A stretch of 64,000 bases of DNA from a virus (taxonomy: Duplodnaviria; Caudoviricetes), in IMG/VR virus record IMGVR_UViG_3300046839_000055, positions 94,224 to 158,223 of that record, one strand, 5' to 3'. Below the pieces are notes generated by a model that was given only the letters and a program-made list of their open reading frames with translations, was not told where the DNA came from and made no database searches. Below are positions 17,316-26,016 of this stretch, in pieces (the first letter of the stretch is position 1; the number at the start of each line of letters is the position of its first letter). Position numbers and translations under genes: made by a program.

Positions 17316-18813
17316 ACCCAATCGCCCCCAGCTTCTTTCTGATCTCGTCCTCAAGTTCATGAGACTTCTTGAACATCTCGGAAAGCTCAGAAGTCAGGCG
17401 GTCCATTTTCTCCTCGAACGGTTCGCCGTCGTCTTCCTGCTCCTCGATGCCGACATACCGGCCCGGTGTCAGAATGTAGTCCTGCTTTGCGATGTCCTGC
17501 GTGGTGGCAACGGCGCAGAATCCCTTCACGTCCTCGAGTGTTCCATACTGGAAAGCCGAGAAGGTGTCAGCGAGCTTCTGGATGTCCTCGTCTGTGAAGT
17601 CGCGGTGCTTCCGGTCGACCATATGCCCCATCTTCCGGGCGTCGATGAAGACCGTCTTGCCTTTCTGTTTCTTGTTTTTCGTGATGAACCAGAGCGTGAC
17701 CGGGATCGTGACGCTGTAGAAGAGCTGCGTCGGCATGGCGACGATGCCTTCGATCAGGTCGTCATTGATGATGTTTTTGCGGATCTCACCCTCGCCACTC
17801 GACTGCGTAGAGAGAGCGCCATTCGCCAGCACCAGACCGATCTTGCCGTTTGGAGCAAGGTGGAAGATCATGTGCTGAATCCACGCATAGTTGGCGTTCC
17901 CGGCAGGCGGCAGGCCATACTTCCAGCGCTTGTCTTCCTTCAGGTCTTCCTGCCCCCACGGATGATAGTTGAAGGGAGGATTTGCGAGGATGTAATCTGC
18001 CTTCAAAGTCGGATGCAGGTCGTTGGTGAAGGTGTCCGCATTGTATGGCCCGAGGTCAGCGTCGATTCCACGGATGGCCATGTTCATCTTCGCCATCTTC
18101 CAGGTATCCGGATTTGCCTCTTGACCATACACAGAAATCACGCCGCGATTATGGCTGTGACCCTCCGCGAATCGTTCACTCTGTACAAACATTCCACCGC
18201 TGCCACAGCAACAATCGTATACGCGGGAATTCGGCTCCGGCTTGAGTATTGCGACCAGCGTTTTGACGATGCTGGACGGCGTATAGAATTCGCCGCCGCC
18301 GACGCCTTCCTTCTCCGCAAACTGCGCAATGCAATACTCATACGTGCGCCCGAGCAGATCTTCACTCGCCTGCGTATCAGACATGTCGATGTTGTTCGTG
18401 AAGATGTCCACGACATCGCCAAGGACCTTCTTATCCAGATCCGGCGAAGCGTAGTTCTTCGGCAGCACGCCTTTCAGACTCTTGTTGTCATCCTCGATAG
18501 CGCGCATCGCCTTGTCGATGACTGTTCCGATCTCCGGTGTATGAGCAGCTGCAGCGATGGTTTCCCAGCGCGCTTCCTTTGGCACGAAGAAGATGTTGTC
18601 CATCAGGTAGGCGTCCGGATCATCCTCGAACCCATCGCCGTCCTCGACCAGCTTCTTGTACTGCGCCTCGAACGCAGCCGAAATGTAGCGAAGGAAGATA
18701 AGGCCGATGATGACCTTCCTGTACTCCGCCGCCGGAATGTGTCCCCACAGGACGCACGCCGCATCCCATATCTGTTTCTCAAAGCCAATATTGGCATTCG
18801 TCTTTTCAGCCAT
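17305..18813 (-). CDS. hsdM: Type I R-M methyltransferase subunit M
   Basis: GEFYTP, YDCCCGSGGMF, ILANPPFN, YILTPGRYVG. Confidence 0.96.
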   Translation of the reverse strand: MAEKTNANIGFEKQIWDAACVLWGHIPAAEYRKVIIGLIFLRYISAAFEAQYKKLVEDGDGFEDDPDAYLMDNIFFVPKEARWETIAAAAHTPEIGTVIDKAMRAIEDDNKSLKGVLPKNYASPDLDKKVLGDVVDIFTNNIDMSDTQASEDLLGRTYEYCIAQFAEKEGVGGGEFYTPSSIVKTLVAILKPEPNSRVYDCCCGSGGMFVQSERFAEGHSHNRGVISVYGQEANPDTWKMAKMNMAIRGIDADLGPYNADTFTNDLHPTLKADYILANPPFNYHPWGQEDLKEDKRWKYGLPPAGNANYAWIQHMIFHLAPNGKIGLVLANGALSTQSSGEGEIRKNIINDDLIEGIVAMPTQLFYSVTIPVTLWFITKNKKQKGKTVFIDARKMGHMVDRKHRDFTDEDIQKLADTFSAFQYGTLEDVKGFCAVATTQDIAKQDYILTPGRYVGIEEQEDDGEPFEEKMDRLTSELSEMFKKSHELEDEIRKKLGAIGYEI

Positions 18814-18819
18814 TTGTGA

Positions 18820-19068
18820 TTACTCCTCGTTTTCCGTTTTCTTTATTGATTCAACCGCCGGTTCTTCATCCTTTACGATCTCCATAATGTCGGAGACTTC
18901 GCAGTTGAGGGCTACGCATATTCGGAGAAGGACATCAGTGTTCACGTTGCCGCCTTTAGCGAGTTTTGCGATTGAGGTGGCGCTGACTCCGCTCATTTCC
19001 CGTAGCTGTTTCTTTTTAATGTTTCTGTCGATCAATAGCTTGAACAATCTGTTATAGCTAAAGCGCAT
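18820..19068 (-). CDS. Small Cro/C1-type HTH protein upstream of hsdM
   Basis: SYNRLFKLLIDRNIKKKQLREMSGVSATSIAKLAKG...LLRICVALNC..DI. Confidence 0.85.
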   Translation of the reverse strand: MRFSYNRLFKLLIDRNIKKKQLREMSGVSATSIAKLAKGGNVNTDVLLRICVALNCEVSDIMEIVKDEEPAVESIKKTENEE

Positions 19069-19115
19069 ATCGTTGCCTCCGTACTTTCACCCTTCTATAT
19101 AGCTATGAATGCTTA

Positions 19116-20942
19116 TTACTTCACATCATTTAAAAACCCATACCGTTTACCCGGTTCCTCGACTTTCTCGAACGTGGTGACAGTCGCACCGCTGCCTTCA
19201 TAATCCAGGTTCGGAATATGGTCGAGATTTTCTATAATGATGAGCTGTCCCTCGTCCTGATGATTCATGAAATAACGGTAGAGTCCAGCCCGCATGCTTT
19301 CTGGCATGCCTTCATCCACGCCGTCGTCGAATCCGTGGAGTGGTGTGTCGATGATGAATGTGTGCGGATCGAACTTTGCAAAATTGGCCAGGTATTTTCT
19401 GATCATCAGAATCATTACCGTGTTCAGATATGACCGGTATCCTTTTCCGTGACTTGTTCCCTTATCCTCGCCATTGACCATGATGTCGAACTTCGTGAAG
19501 TTGAATGTTGCCTTCAACAGATCAGAGTAATGGCATTCCTTGAGGATCGTCTGTGCATATTCCGACATGGTCGGAACGAAATCGTCGCTGAAGTATTCCT
19601 TCGGATGGTACTCGGTCGTCGTGTCGTTTTTCTGCTCGTTTTCAAGATCATCCAGATCGCTGCCAAAATCCTCTGCATAGGAATCGATGAGACTCATTTC
19701 CGTTTCAATCCGCAGGTAGGCCTTGTAGGAATTCACGATGTTCATCTGCTGAGACTCCTGTGGCCGGAGTTCCTTTTTGATTCTGGATTCAAGCGAATCA
19801 CGTTGCTCTTTGAGTTTCCGGAGATCCTCCTGTACTTCCTTCTTCTGGTCATCCACGTCCTTTTCAGTTTCTTGAAGGCCGGACAGCTGGGACATCGTTC
19901 GCTCCATAGTGATACGAGCTGACTGCATGTAGGACTTTCGCTTACGCGGATTGACCGGATTGTCACAGTACGGACAAATGAGCGGCTGCTGCACATTCTG
20001 GTATGCTTCCTCGCCCTCGGCGATAAGAGAAAGCCTCTGAATATCGCCTTTATACTGACTTGCAAGTTTCTGGTATCGGTTCAGAAGAACATTGCATTCT
20101 GCGATCTGCTGTTCGTCATCAAGAATGGCTGCGAGGATCTTCTGTCTTTCCTCCAGAGCCTGATCTATCTTTTTTCGCGTTTCATCAAGTGCCGCTGTAG
20201 CTTCAGCAATCTGAGCTTCCACATCTACGCCATCAAAGATGTGCAGATCCTCTTCGAGTTTTTTCTTCCGGTCCGTCGCATTCTGAATCTTCTGATTCAC
20301 GTAGTCCTTGACTGCCTTGCGGCGGGCCTTCTTTATTTCCTTTTTCTCCTGCGCATCTGTTTCGGTAAATGTCCGGCCAGTAATCAGATATAGGAGCGCC
20401 GACAGAAAGAGAGTGTTTTCCATATAACGATGGCTCGGTTCCACAATGGAATCGATGTCGTCCACACGGCCTTCATCCAGATAGAAGACGCGCAGCAGGT
20501 TCTTCCAAGTGAGGCGCTTTGTCTCGAACCGGGCATTTGTCACGATCATGACTTCTGGCTCTATGCCGATAAGCCGAAGCCATACATCATTCAGCGGAGG
20601 ATTCTTGGCGTTCTTCCTATAGTTAATGTCGTAGGTTCCGCTGTCAATTCCTGATATTGTGCTTGTGACGTCAACCTGGTTTTTCCCTACGGTACGACGA
20701 AGCGTTATTTCTCCGGGCTTGTCATTCGATCCCACGATCATGGTCACGCTATCGTACTTTGCCGAATCCTTGAACGGCTTGCTCACAGAGCCGCCGTATA
20801 TAAAGTCGATGCAGTTTGCAACACACGTCTTTCCGCTGTCTGAGCGGCCCTGAATGATGTTCAGGCCCGTGCCGAAGGTAACGCTGGCATCGCCTTTTTC
20901 GGCGCTGTTCGCTATGACTCTTTTGATATAGAATCCCGCCAC
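19116..20942 (-). CDS. SMC/Rad50-like ABC ATPase of an ABC three-component (Lamassu LmuB-like) system
   Basis: Walker A GRSDSGKT, coiled coils with central CPYC zinc hook, SHGKG signature, IIDTP Walker B. Confidence 0.85.
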   Translation of the reverse strand: MAGFYIKRVIANSAEKGDASVTFGTGLNIIQGRSDSGKTCVANCIDFIYGGSVSKPFKDSAKYDSVTMIVGSNDKPGEITLRRTVGKNQVDVTSTISGIDSGTYDINYRKNAKNPPLNDVWLRLIGIEPEVMIVTNARFETKRLTWKNLLRVFYLDEGRVDDIDSIVEPSHRYMENTLFLSALLYLITGRTFTETDAQEKKEIKKARRKAVKDYVNQKIQNATDRKKKLEEDLHIFDGVDVEAQIAEATAALDETRKKIDQALEERQKILAAILDDEQQIAECNVLLNRYQKLASQYKGDIQRLSLIAEGEEAYQNVQQPLICPYCDNPVNPRKRKSYMQSARITMERTMSQLSGLQETEKDVDDQKKEVQEDLRKLKEQRDSLESRIKKELRPQESQQMNIVNSYKAYLRIETEMSLIDSYAEDFGSDLDDLENEQKNDTTTEYHPKEYFSDDFVPTMSEYAQTILKECHYSDLLKATFNFTKFDIMVNGEDKGTSHGKGYRSYLNTVMILMIRKYLANFAKFDPHTFIIDTPLHGFDDGVDEGMPESMRAGLYRYFMNHQDEGQLIIIENLDHIPNLDYEGSGATVTTFEKVEEPGKRYGFLNDVK

Positions 20943-20946
20943 GCCA

Positions 20947-21393
20947 TTACCTCCTTAATACCTTCGTAGACTGTTTATTGATGATTCCGGATAGCTCGAC
21001 TTCTGACTTATTCCGGTATCGCCTGTGAACCTGTTTTATCACCTTCCTGTACATGGCCGCATATTCAGACTGGAATTTCCTGCTCATGGCAAGGCCTGAA
21101 CTGGAAAGCGAATAGATAATCCCTTCCATGCTGTCGGAGGCGGTGACAAGGCCGTCGAGTACCAGATCCTTGATGGCTTCCTTCATCAGCTTGCGCTTTG
21201 CAGTCAGTTCACTGAATGCGAATCCATTGTCGCCGTTCAGGGATTCGGCTTTGAATCCGAAGTCTGGCGCGTACACTGCTATGAAATCATAGTCTGTTAT
21301 CCGCTCGATGGTGAATCCGCCGCCGACGGAATCCAGGAGAAGCAGGATATGAAGCGACTGTTCAAACGGCGTGTTGAAAAGTTTATCAGCCAT
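20947..21393 (-). CDS. ABC-3C middle component (LmuC-like)
   Basis: 148 aa, LFNTPFE..L.ILLLL...YDFI..Y pattern; sits between CTD protein and ATPase. Confidence 0.75.
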   Translation of the reverse strand: MADKLFNTPFEQSLHILLLLDSVGGGFTIERITDYDFIAVYAPDFGFKAESLNGDNGFAFSELTAKRKLMKEAIKDLVLDGLVTASDSMEGIIYSLSSSGLAMSRKFQSEYAAMYRKVIKQVHRRYRNKSEVELSGIINKQSTKVLRR

Positions 21394-22363
21394 CGACTGT
21401 CACCCACGACTCAATTACGCCGTCATTAACCAGAATGTGGCAAATGCCTTTCTTTTCAAGATTCCCGATCAGGTTTCGCATCTGGCTTAGTACAGAGCCA
21501 TCAAGTGAAGTGCTCGTAATCTTCTCCAGCACAGCATTCAGTCTTGCATAGCCGTCCGGGTATTCCTTCCAGTAAGTAGTGTTGATGCCGTCCCATGCAT
21601 CGTCTTTCAGCCTTTGGAATTCATCCTCGCCCTCGTCGAATACATCCCGCACAGAGCGTTCGATACTGACGGCGCTGTAATACGCTTTCCGCTGCTCCCG
21701 GTAGTTTGCCTTCATACTTTTCGGGAGCAGGTCTAAATCGTCTCCAGTAAATGTTTCCCTGTGCAGCTTCTCCGCGAAGACCTCGTAGAGAGCTCGTATG
21801 TAGTCGAGTTCCTGCTCGGCTATGTTGTCCGGTACGAGAGCCCGGTCAATTGTTATAACCTCGCCTGCAATATGTAGTTTGTCGCCTCTGCGTTCAATTG
21901 ACGCAGGGGCGATATTTTTTAGCAGCTGACCTGATTCATAGCGCTTGTAGTCCAGCTTGACTACTTCGTCGGAAAGGCCCTCGGAGCGCCGCTTAATCAT
22001 CTGCGCGAGGATGTTCGCCAAAGCTCTGCCTACGTCATAGGAAGGCACATCGAATCCGTATTCTGCCAGCTTATCCCTTACATGATCCAGCGCATCCATC
22101 GAGTAGGTCTCTACGAAACCTGCAAATGTCTCTTCGGAAAGTCGCGGAACAATCTGGGCTGCCTTCTTTTGTGAAATGGGGCGCCTGCCACTGTAGTAAG
22201 CCTCAAGTGTGGATTTTCCGAGTCCATAAAGAGGATTCGGAGCGTCCTTTTCCAGCGCTGCATCGTCAAGGATGGCGTCAATCAATATGACGACGAATTC
22301 GCCAGCTTTTGCTTTTTCTTCATAGTTGTCGTGCATGAGCTTTGCGAACTCACAGAACCTCAC
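21386..22363 (-). CDS. ABC-3C effector-position protein: XRE-like HTH N-terminus plus ABC-3C C-terminal domain
   Basis: GLGKSTLEAYYSGRRPIS resembles the XRE recognition helix; C-terminal QRKAYYSA...GYARL..V...KKGICHILVNDGVIESW; GTG start after AAGGAGGAG. Confidence 0.7.
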   Translation of the reverse strand: MRFCEFAKLMHDNYEEKAKAGEFVVILIDAILDDAALEKDAPNPLYGLGKSTLEAYYSGRRPISQKKAAQIVPRLSEETFAGFVETYSMDALDHVRDKLAEYGFDVPSYDVGRALANILAQMIKRRSEGLSDEVVKLDYKRYESGQLLKNIAPASIERRGDKLHIAGEVITIDRALVPDNIAEQELDYIRALYEVFAEKLHRETFTGDDLDLLPKSMKANYREQRKAYYSAVSIERSVRDVFDEGEDEFQRLKDDAWDGINTTYWKEYPDGYARLNAVLEKITSTSLDGSVLSQMRNLIGNLEKKGICHILVNDGVIESWVTVDG

Positions 22364-22383
22364 GGCGCTCTCCTCCTTTCCGG

Positions 22384-22491
22384 ATGTAGGCATTCATGTA
22401 GGCAGATGTAGGCAAACGTACGAATTTCAAAATGCCGATTTCGTAAACTCATATTAGCGATTGAAAGTTACTGGGTAACACCGCAATCGCT
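22384..22491. promoter_or_regulatory. Divergent control region: 3x ATGTAGGCA and nested inverted repeat
   Basis: ATGTAGGCA at 22384, 22396, 22406; AGCGATTG/CAATCGCT (22456-22491) enclosing GTTAC/GTAAC. Confidence 0.55.
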
Positions 22492-22705
22492 GAAGACAGG
22501 AATACAAGATAATTTTACCACGCTCGCACGCAAAAATCTATTTAATTTTGTGAACGCGAAATAAATTTTAACTTCCTGTCACTGACTCAAGCGTTCCGGC
22601 TGCGCACTGACCGATCACCAGTGGCCCACACACCAGAGCGCAAACCAATTCATTAAAGGCGTGCCTATGGGCAGGAACGCCACATTACGTCACGGAGGAA
22701 AAACG

Positions 22706-22897
22706 ATGACAAAAACTGACAAGGAAATGTGGCGTATCAACATCGAGAACGACGCAGACGAAGTTTGCTCCATCTATGGAGCGGCGGCTGTCGATGGCGT
22801 GTTCCAGCGCTACGACGCGACCTGCTTCGACGATCTCAGCCCTTCCTATTACGAGGAAGTGTTCGGGGATCTGGAGCTGATGATTTACGACAACTGA
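22706..22897 (+). CDS. Small acidic phage protein, first rightward gene
   Basis: RBS GGAGG then ATG 22706; 63 aa. Confidence 0.7.
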   Translation: MTKTDKEMWRINIENDADEVCSIYGAAAVDGVFQRYDATCFDDLSPSYYEEVFGDLELMIYDN

Positions 22898-23080
22898 GAA
22901 TCTCCTATGAAACATATCGGAAAAGGGCTCCAAAACAGCCCGCAAAGCTCCATATGTTAAGAGGTTCGGATTTGCCCTGAGCAAGGCGTTAAAAGGCTCA
23001 CTGCCATAGCCGTTCACCCCGGTGCACAGAGGTGGCTCGAGCGGCTGTAGCGGTCACAAGTGAATAGGAAACCAGTCTAC

Positions 23081-23144
23081 GAGCGTGGCTGGCCGAACGA
23101 AACGAGTTGATTCCCGTTCCGTCTGGCCTGTCACGCTCCTTTTT
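23081..23144 (+). terminator. Leader terminator/attenuator upstream of sigma-like gene
   Basis: Long stem GAGCGTGGC...GTCACGCTC followed by CTTTTT. Confidence 0.6.
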
Positions 23145-23186
23145 GTGCGGCCTCCGGTTCGGGAGAAGCGAACGGAGGTATCGCAC

Positions 23187-23687
23187 ATGAAAACCAATGA
23201 CAATCAGAGTAAACGCATCTACGACAAGACCACAAAGCAGTGGTACGAAATCCCGGAGGACCAGTATAGGGAGTATGACCGCTCGCGCACCGCTCTTCGG
23301 AAACGCATGCAGTATCGAGGCGAGTGCTTCTGCCCGCGCAGCAAGTGGTGGCTGTGCGACGGCAACTGCCTCGACTGCGAATTTCACAACAACACGACCG
23401 TCTCTCTTGACGATCCGCTGCCGGACGGCGATGGAACGCTCGCCGACTATGTACCGGATGACGCTCCTCTTATTGAAGAGGTGCTTTCCGAGAAGGCGGA
23501 GCTGGATCAGCTGTTCGCACGTCTGCAGGAGCTCATGCCGGAGGCCAAGCGTATCGGCGAGCTCAGGGAGGAAGGCCTCTCCGACGAGGCCATCGCCGAC
23601 ATCATCGGCATCAAGCGCACGACATTCCTGTCACGCCTGAAGAAAGCCAAGGAAAAGCTGGCTAAGGAATTCCCCGACTGGTTCTGA
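23187..23687 (+). CDS. Phage sigma70 region-4-like transcription factor with Cys cluster
   Basis: VSLDDPL acidic linker, C-terminal HTH EGLSDEAIADIIGIKRTTFLSRLKK; CFC-x7-CDGNCLDC; RBS GGAGGT. Confidence 0.8.
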   Translation: MKTNDNQSKRIYDKTTKQWYEIPEDQYREYDRSRTALRKRMQYRGECFCPRSKWWLCDGNCLDCEFHNNTTVSLDDPLPDGDGTLADYVPDDAPLIEEVLSEKAELDQLFARLQELMPEAKRIGELREEGLSDEAIADIIGIKRTTFLSRLKKAKEKLAKEFPDWF

Positions 23688-23694
23688 TTCATCT

Positions 23695-23728
23695 GCTCCG
23701 GCTGCCATCAAGGTAGCCGGAGCTTTTT
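23695..23728 (+). terminator. Intrinsic terminator after sigma-like gene
   Basis: GCTCCGGCTGCC-ATCAA-GGTAGCCGGAGC-TTTTT. Confidence 0.8.
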
Positions 23729-23747
23729 CTGAAATTTCTCTTTTTCC

Positions 23748-23783
23748 TTCGTCAAAACGGTCTGCCCACCTCCAGTGGGAAGT
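23748..23783 (+). promoter_or_regulatory. Motif A copy 1 (TTCGTCAAAA-N11-CCTCCAGTGGRAAG)
   Basis: Identical boxes and spacing at 28290 and 61722. Confidence 0.75.
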
Positions 23784-23826
23784 GTAAGGAGCACGAAAAC
23801 AGGATGCTCCGGATTGGAGGCAAGCG

Positions 23827-24033
23827 ATGAACAAGACACGCAACAGAAGTCCCGCGGACACGGAGGCTATCGCAGTCCTTATTGCGATAAGCCATGTATC
23901 CGCAAGGCTGGCAAGGAACCTCTCGATTCTTGCCGCAGACAGACAACTCATGGAAGGAGGTAAAGAGAATGTCAAAAATGGCAGAAATGGATCAGACCAT
24001 CAAGGAACTGCGCGATGCCGCCGCTGCTATTAA
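23827..24033 (+). CDS. Hypothetical phage protein
   Basis: RBS GGAGG; LIAISHVSARLARNL helix. Confidence 0.6.
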   Translation: MNKTRNRSPADTEAIAVLIAISHVSARLARNLSILAADRQLMEGGKENVKNGRNGSDHQGTARCRRCY

Positions 24034-24301
24034 CAGCGCAGCCGACTGGCTCTACCAGCAGTTCTCCGGCAACGACGAGGAGCCCGCTCCGCAGCCTGAA
24101 ACTGCGCAGGCCGAGCCTGAGCCGAAGAAGGAGCTGAAGCTGGAGGATGTGAGGAAGGTTCTCGCCGAACGTTCCCGCGCAGGCTATACGGCGCAGATCC
24201 GCGAGCTTCTCCATAAGTACGGTGCGAGCAAGCTGTCGGCTGTCGATCCGAAGGACTACGAGGCCCTGCTCTTTGATGTGGAGGGACTCAATGAATTCTG
24301 A
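23969..24301 (+). CDS. Small phage protein preceding DUF2800 (often mislabelled Rrp5/DNA ligase)
   Basis: RBS AAGGAGGT; LEDVRKVLA..SRAG...LL.KYGA.KLS.VDP..Y. Confidence 0.75.
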   Translation: MSKMAEMDQTIKELRDAAAAINSAADWLYQQFSGNDEEPAPQPETAQAEPEPKKELKLEDVRKVLAERSRAGYTAQIRELLHKYGASKLSAVDPKDYEALLFDVEGLNEF

Positions 24302-25433
24302 AAGACAGCATGCGGTCCTCTCCGCATCAAGCTCCGACCGGTGGATTCACTGCCCGCCGTCGGTACGGCTTAGCGAGGGATTCGAGGACAAGGAAAGCGA
24401 CTACGCACTGGAAGGCACCTGCGCTCACGCGCTCGCCGAATACAAGCTCCGCAAGGCGCTCGGCTACCCGGCACAGGACCCGACCGAGGCCCTTGCCTTC
24501 TACAACGAGGAGATGGAGGAAGCAACAGATGGCTATGTCAGCTACGTACTGGAAAAGGTCGAGGCCGCAAAAGAGGCCTGCTCTGATCCGGTTGTTCTGG
24601 TCGAGCAGCGCGTGGACTACTCCCGCTGGGTGAGACAGGGCTTCGGCACATCCGATGCGCTGATCATCGCGGATGGCACGCTTTGGATCATCGATCTGAA
24701 GTACGGCACCGGCATCGCCGTGTCGGCGGAGGACAATCCGCAGCTCAAATGCTACTCGCTTGGAGCCTTGGATCTGTTCGACGGCATCTACGACATCGAC
24801 ACCGTCAGCATGACGATTTACCAGCCGAGACGGCAGAACGTCAGCGAATGGCAGATCAGCAAGAATGACCTGCTCGCATGGGCGGACGAGGTTCTGAAGC
24901 CTATGGCGGAGCTGGCGTGGGACGGCAAGGGGGAATTCTCCTGCGGCCCGTGGTGCCGGTTCTGCAAGGCGAAGACCATCTGCCGGAAGCGGGCCGAGGA
25001 GAACCTGAAGCTCGCGCAGCATGAGTTCAGGCTGCCGCCGGAGCTCTCCGACGCGGAGATCGAGGTCATCCTTTCCCAGGTGGACGAGCTGGTCTCGTGG
25101 GCGTCCGACATCAAGGAGTACGCGCTCCAACAGGCGCTCTCCGGCAAGGAGTGGCATGGCTTCAAGCTCGTCGAAGGCCGCTCCATCCGCAAGTACATCG
25201 ACGAGAACGCCGTCGCCAAGACGGTCGAAGACGCCGGATTCGATCCATTCGAGAGGAAGCTGCTCGGCATCACCGCCATGCAGAAGCTCCTCGGAAAGAA
25301 CCGATTCAATGAACTCCTGTCAGGCCTCGTTGAGAAGCCGCAGGGCAAACCAACACTCGTCCCGGACTCGGATAAGCGTCCGGCGATGAATACAGCAAAA
25401 AACGATTTTATGGAGGTCAAAAACTATGAGTAA
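24291..25433 (+). CDS. DUF2800 PD-(D/E)XK (Cas4-like) phage nuclease
   Basis: HAVLSASSSDRWIHCP, EGTCAH, FGTSD, IIDLKYG, QL.CY, WCRFCKAK..C. Confidence 0.88.
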   Translation: MNSERQHAVLSASSSDRWIHCPPSVRLSEGFEDKESDYALEGTCAHALAEYKLRKALGYPAQDPTEALAFYNEEMEEATDGYVSYVLEKVEAAKEACSDPVVLVEQRVDYSRWVRQGFGTSDALIIADGTLWIIDLKYGTGIAVSAEDNPQLKCYSLGALDLFDGIYDIDTVSMTIYQPRRQNVSEWQISKNDLLAWADEVLKPMAELAWDGKGEFSCGPWCRFCKAKTICRKRAEENLKLAQHEFRLPPELSDAEIEVILSQVDELVSWASDIKEYALQQALSGKEWHGFKLVEGRSIRKYIDENAVAKTVEDAGFDPFERKLLGITAMQKLLGKNRFNELLSGLVEKPQGKPTLVPDSDKRPAMNTAKNDFMEVKNYE

Positions 25434-26004
25434 GACAACTATGCACAATCCGATGAAGGTTATCACCGGTCCGAACACCCGCTGGTCCTACGCCAACGTG
25501 TGGGAGCCGAAGTCCATCAACGGAGGCACACCAAAGTACAGCGTGAGCCTCATCATCCCGAAGTCCGACACCGTGACGGTCGCCAAGATCAAGGCTGCCA
25601 TTGATGCCGCCTACAAGGAGGGCGAGGCCAAGCTCAAGGGCAACAGCCGCAGCGTTCCTGCGCTCTCTGCGATCAAGACGCCTCTTCGTGACGGCGACGC
25701 GGAGCGCCCGGACGACGAAGCCTACCGCAACGCCTACTTCGTGAATGCGAACGCCACGACCGCTCCAGGCATCGTGGATGCGGATCTGAATCCGATCATG
25801 AGCCGCAGCGAGGTGTACTCCGGCGTGTACGGCAGAGCCAGCATCACCTTCTATGCATTCAACAGCTCCGGCAACCGCGGCATCGCCTGCGGGCTCAACA
25901 ACCTGCAGAAGATCCGTGACGGCGAGCCGCTCGGCAGCAAGGCCAGCGCTGAATCCGACTTCGCTGACTTCGCAACCGACGACGACAGCGATTTTCTGAA
26001 CTAA
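25426..26004 (+). CDS. DUF2815 ssDNA-binding protein (T7 gp2.5-like)
   Basis: RWSYANVWEP, PLRDGD, VYSGVY, GLNNLQK..DGEPL, acidic tail ending DFLN. Confidence 0.9.
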   Translation: MSKTTMHNPMKVITGPNTRWSYANVWEPKSINGGTPKYSVSLIIPKSDTVTVAKIKAAIDAAYKEGEAKLKGNSRSVPALSAIKTPLRDGDAERPDDEAYRNAYFVNANATTAPGIVDADLNPIMSRSEVYSGVYGRASITFYAFNSSGNRGIACGLNNLQKIRDGEPLGSKASAESDFADFATDDDSDFLN

Positions 26005-26016
26005 GGAGGTGCCACC

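Noticed and set aside
17245-18819. 524-aa plus-strand ORF
   Set aside because: Antisense mirror of hsdM; expected with high GC3
18820-19068. HTH as the prophage CI repressor
   Set aside because: 82 aa, no peptidase/dimerisation domain, 3.3 kb from the divergent region and coupled to hsdM; more likely an R-M-associated regulator, though not excluded
22975-23002. CCCTGAGCAAGG...AAAAGGCTCA as a hammerhead ribozyme
   Set aside because: Core CUGANGA and a correctly placed GAAA are absent
24291-25433. DUF2800 as cas4 of a CRISPR system
   Set aside because: No repeat-spacer array or other cas genes in the window; standard phage replication context
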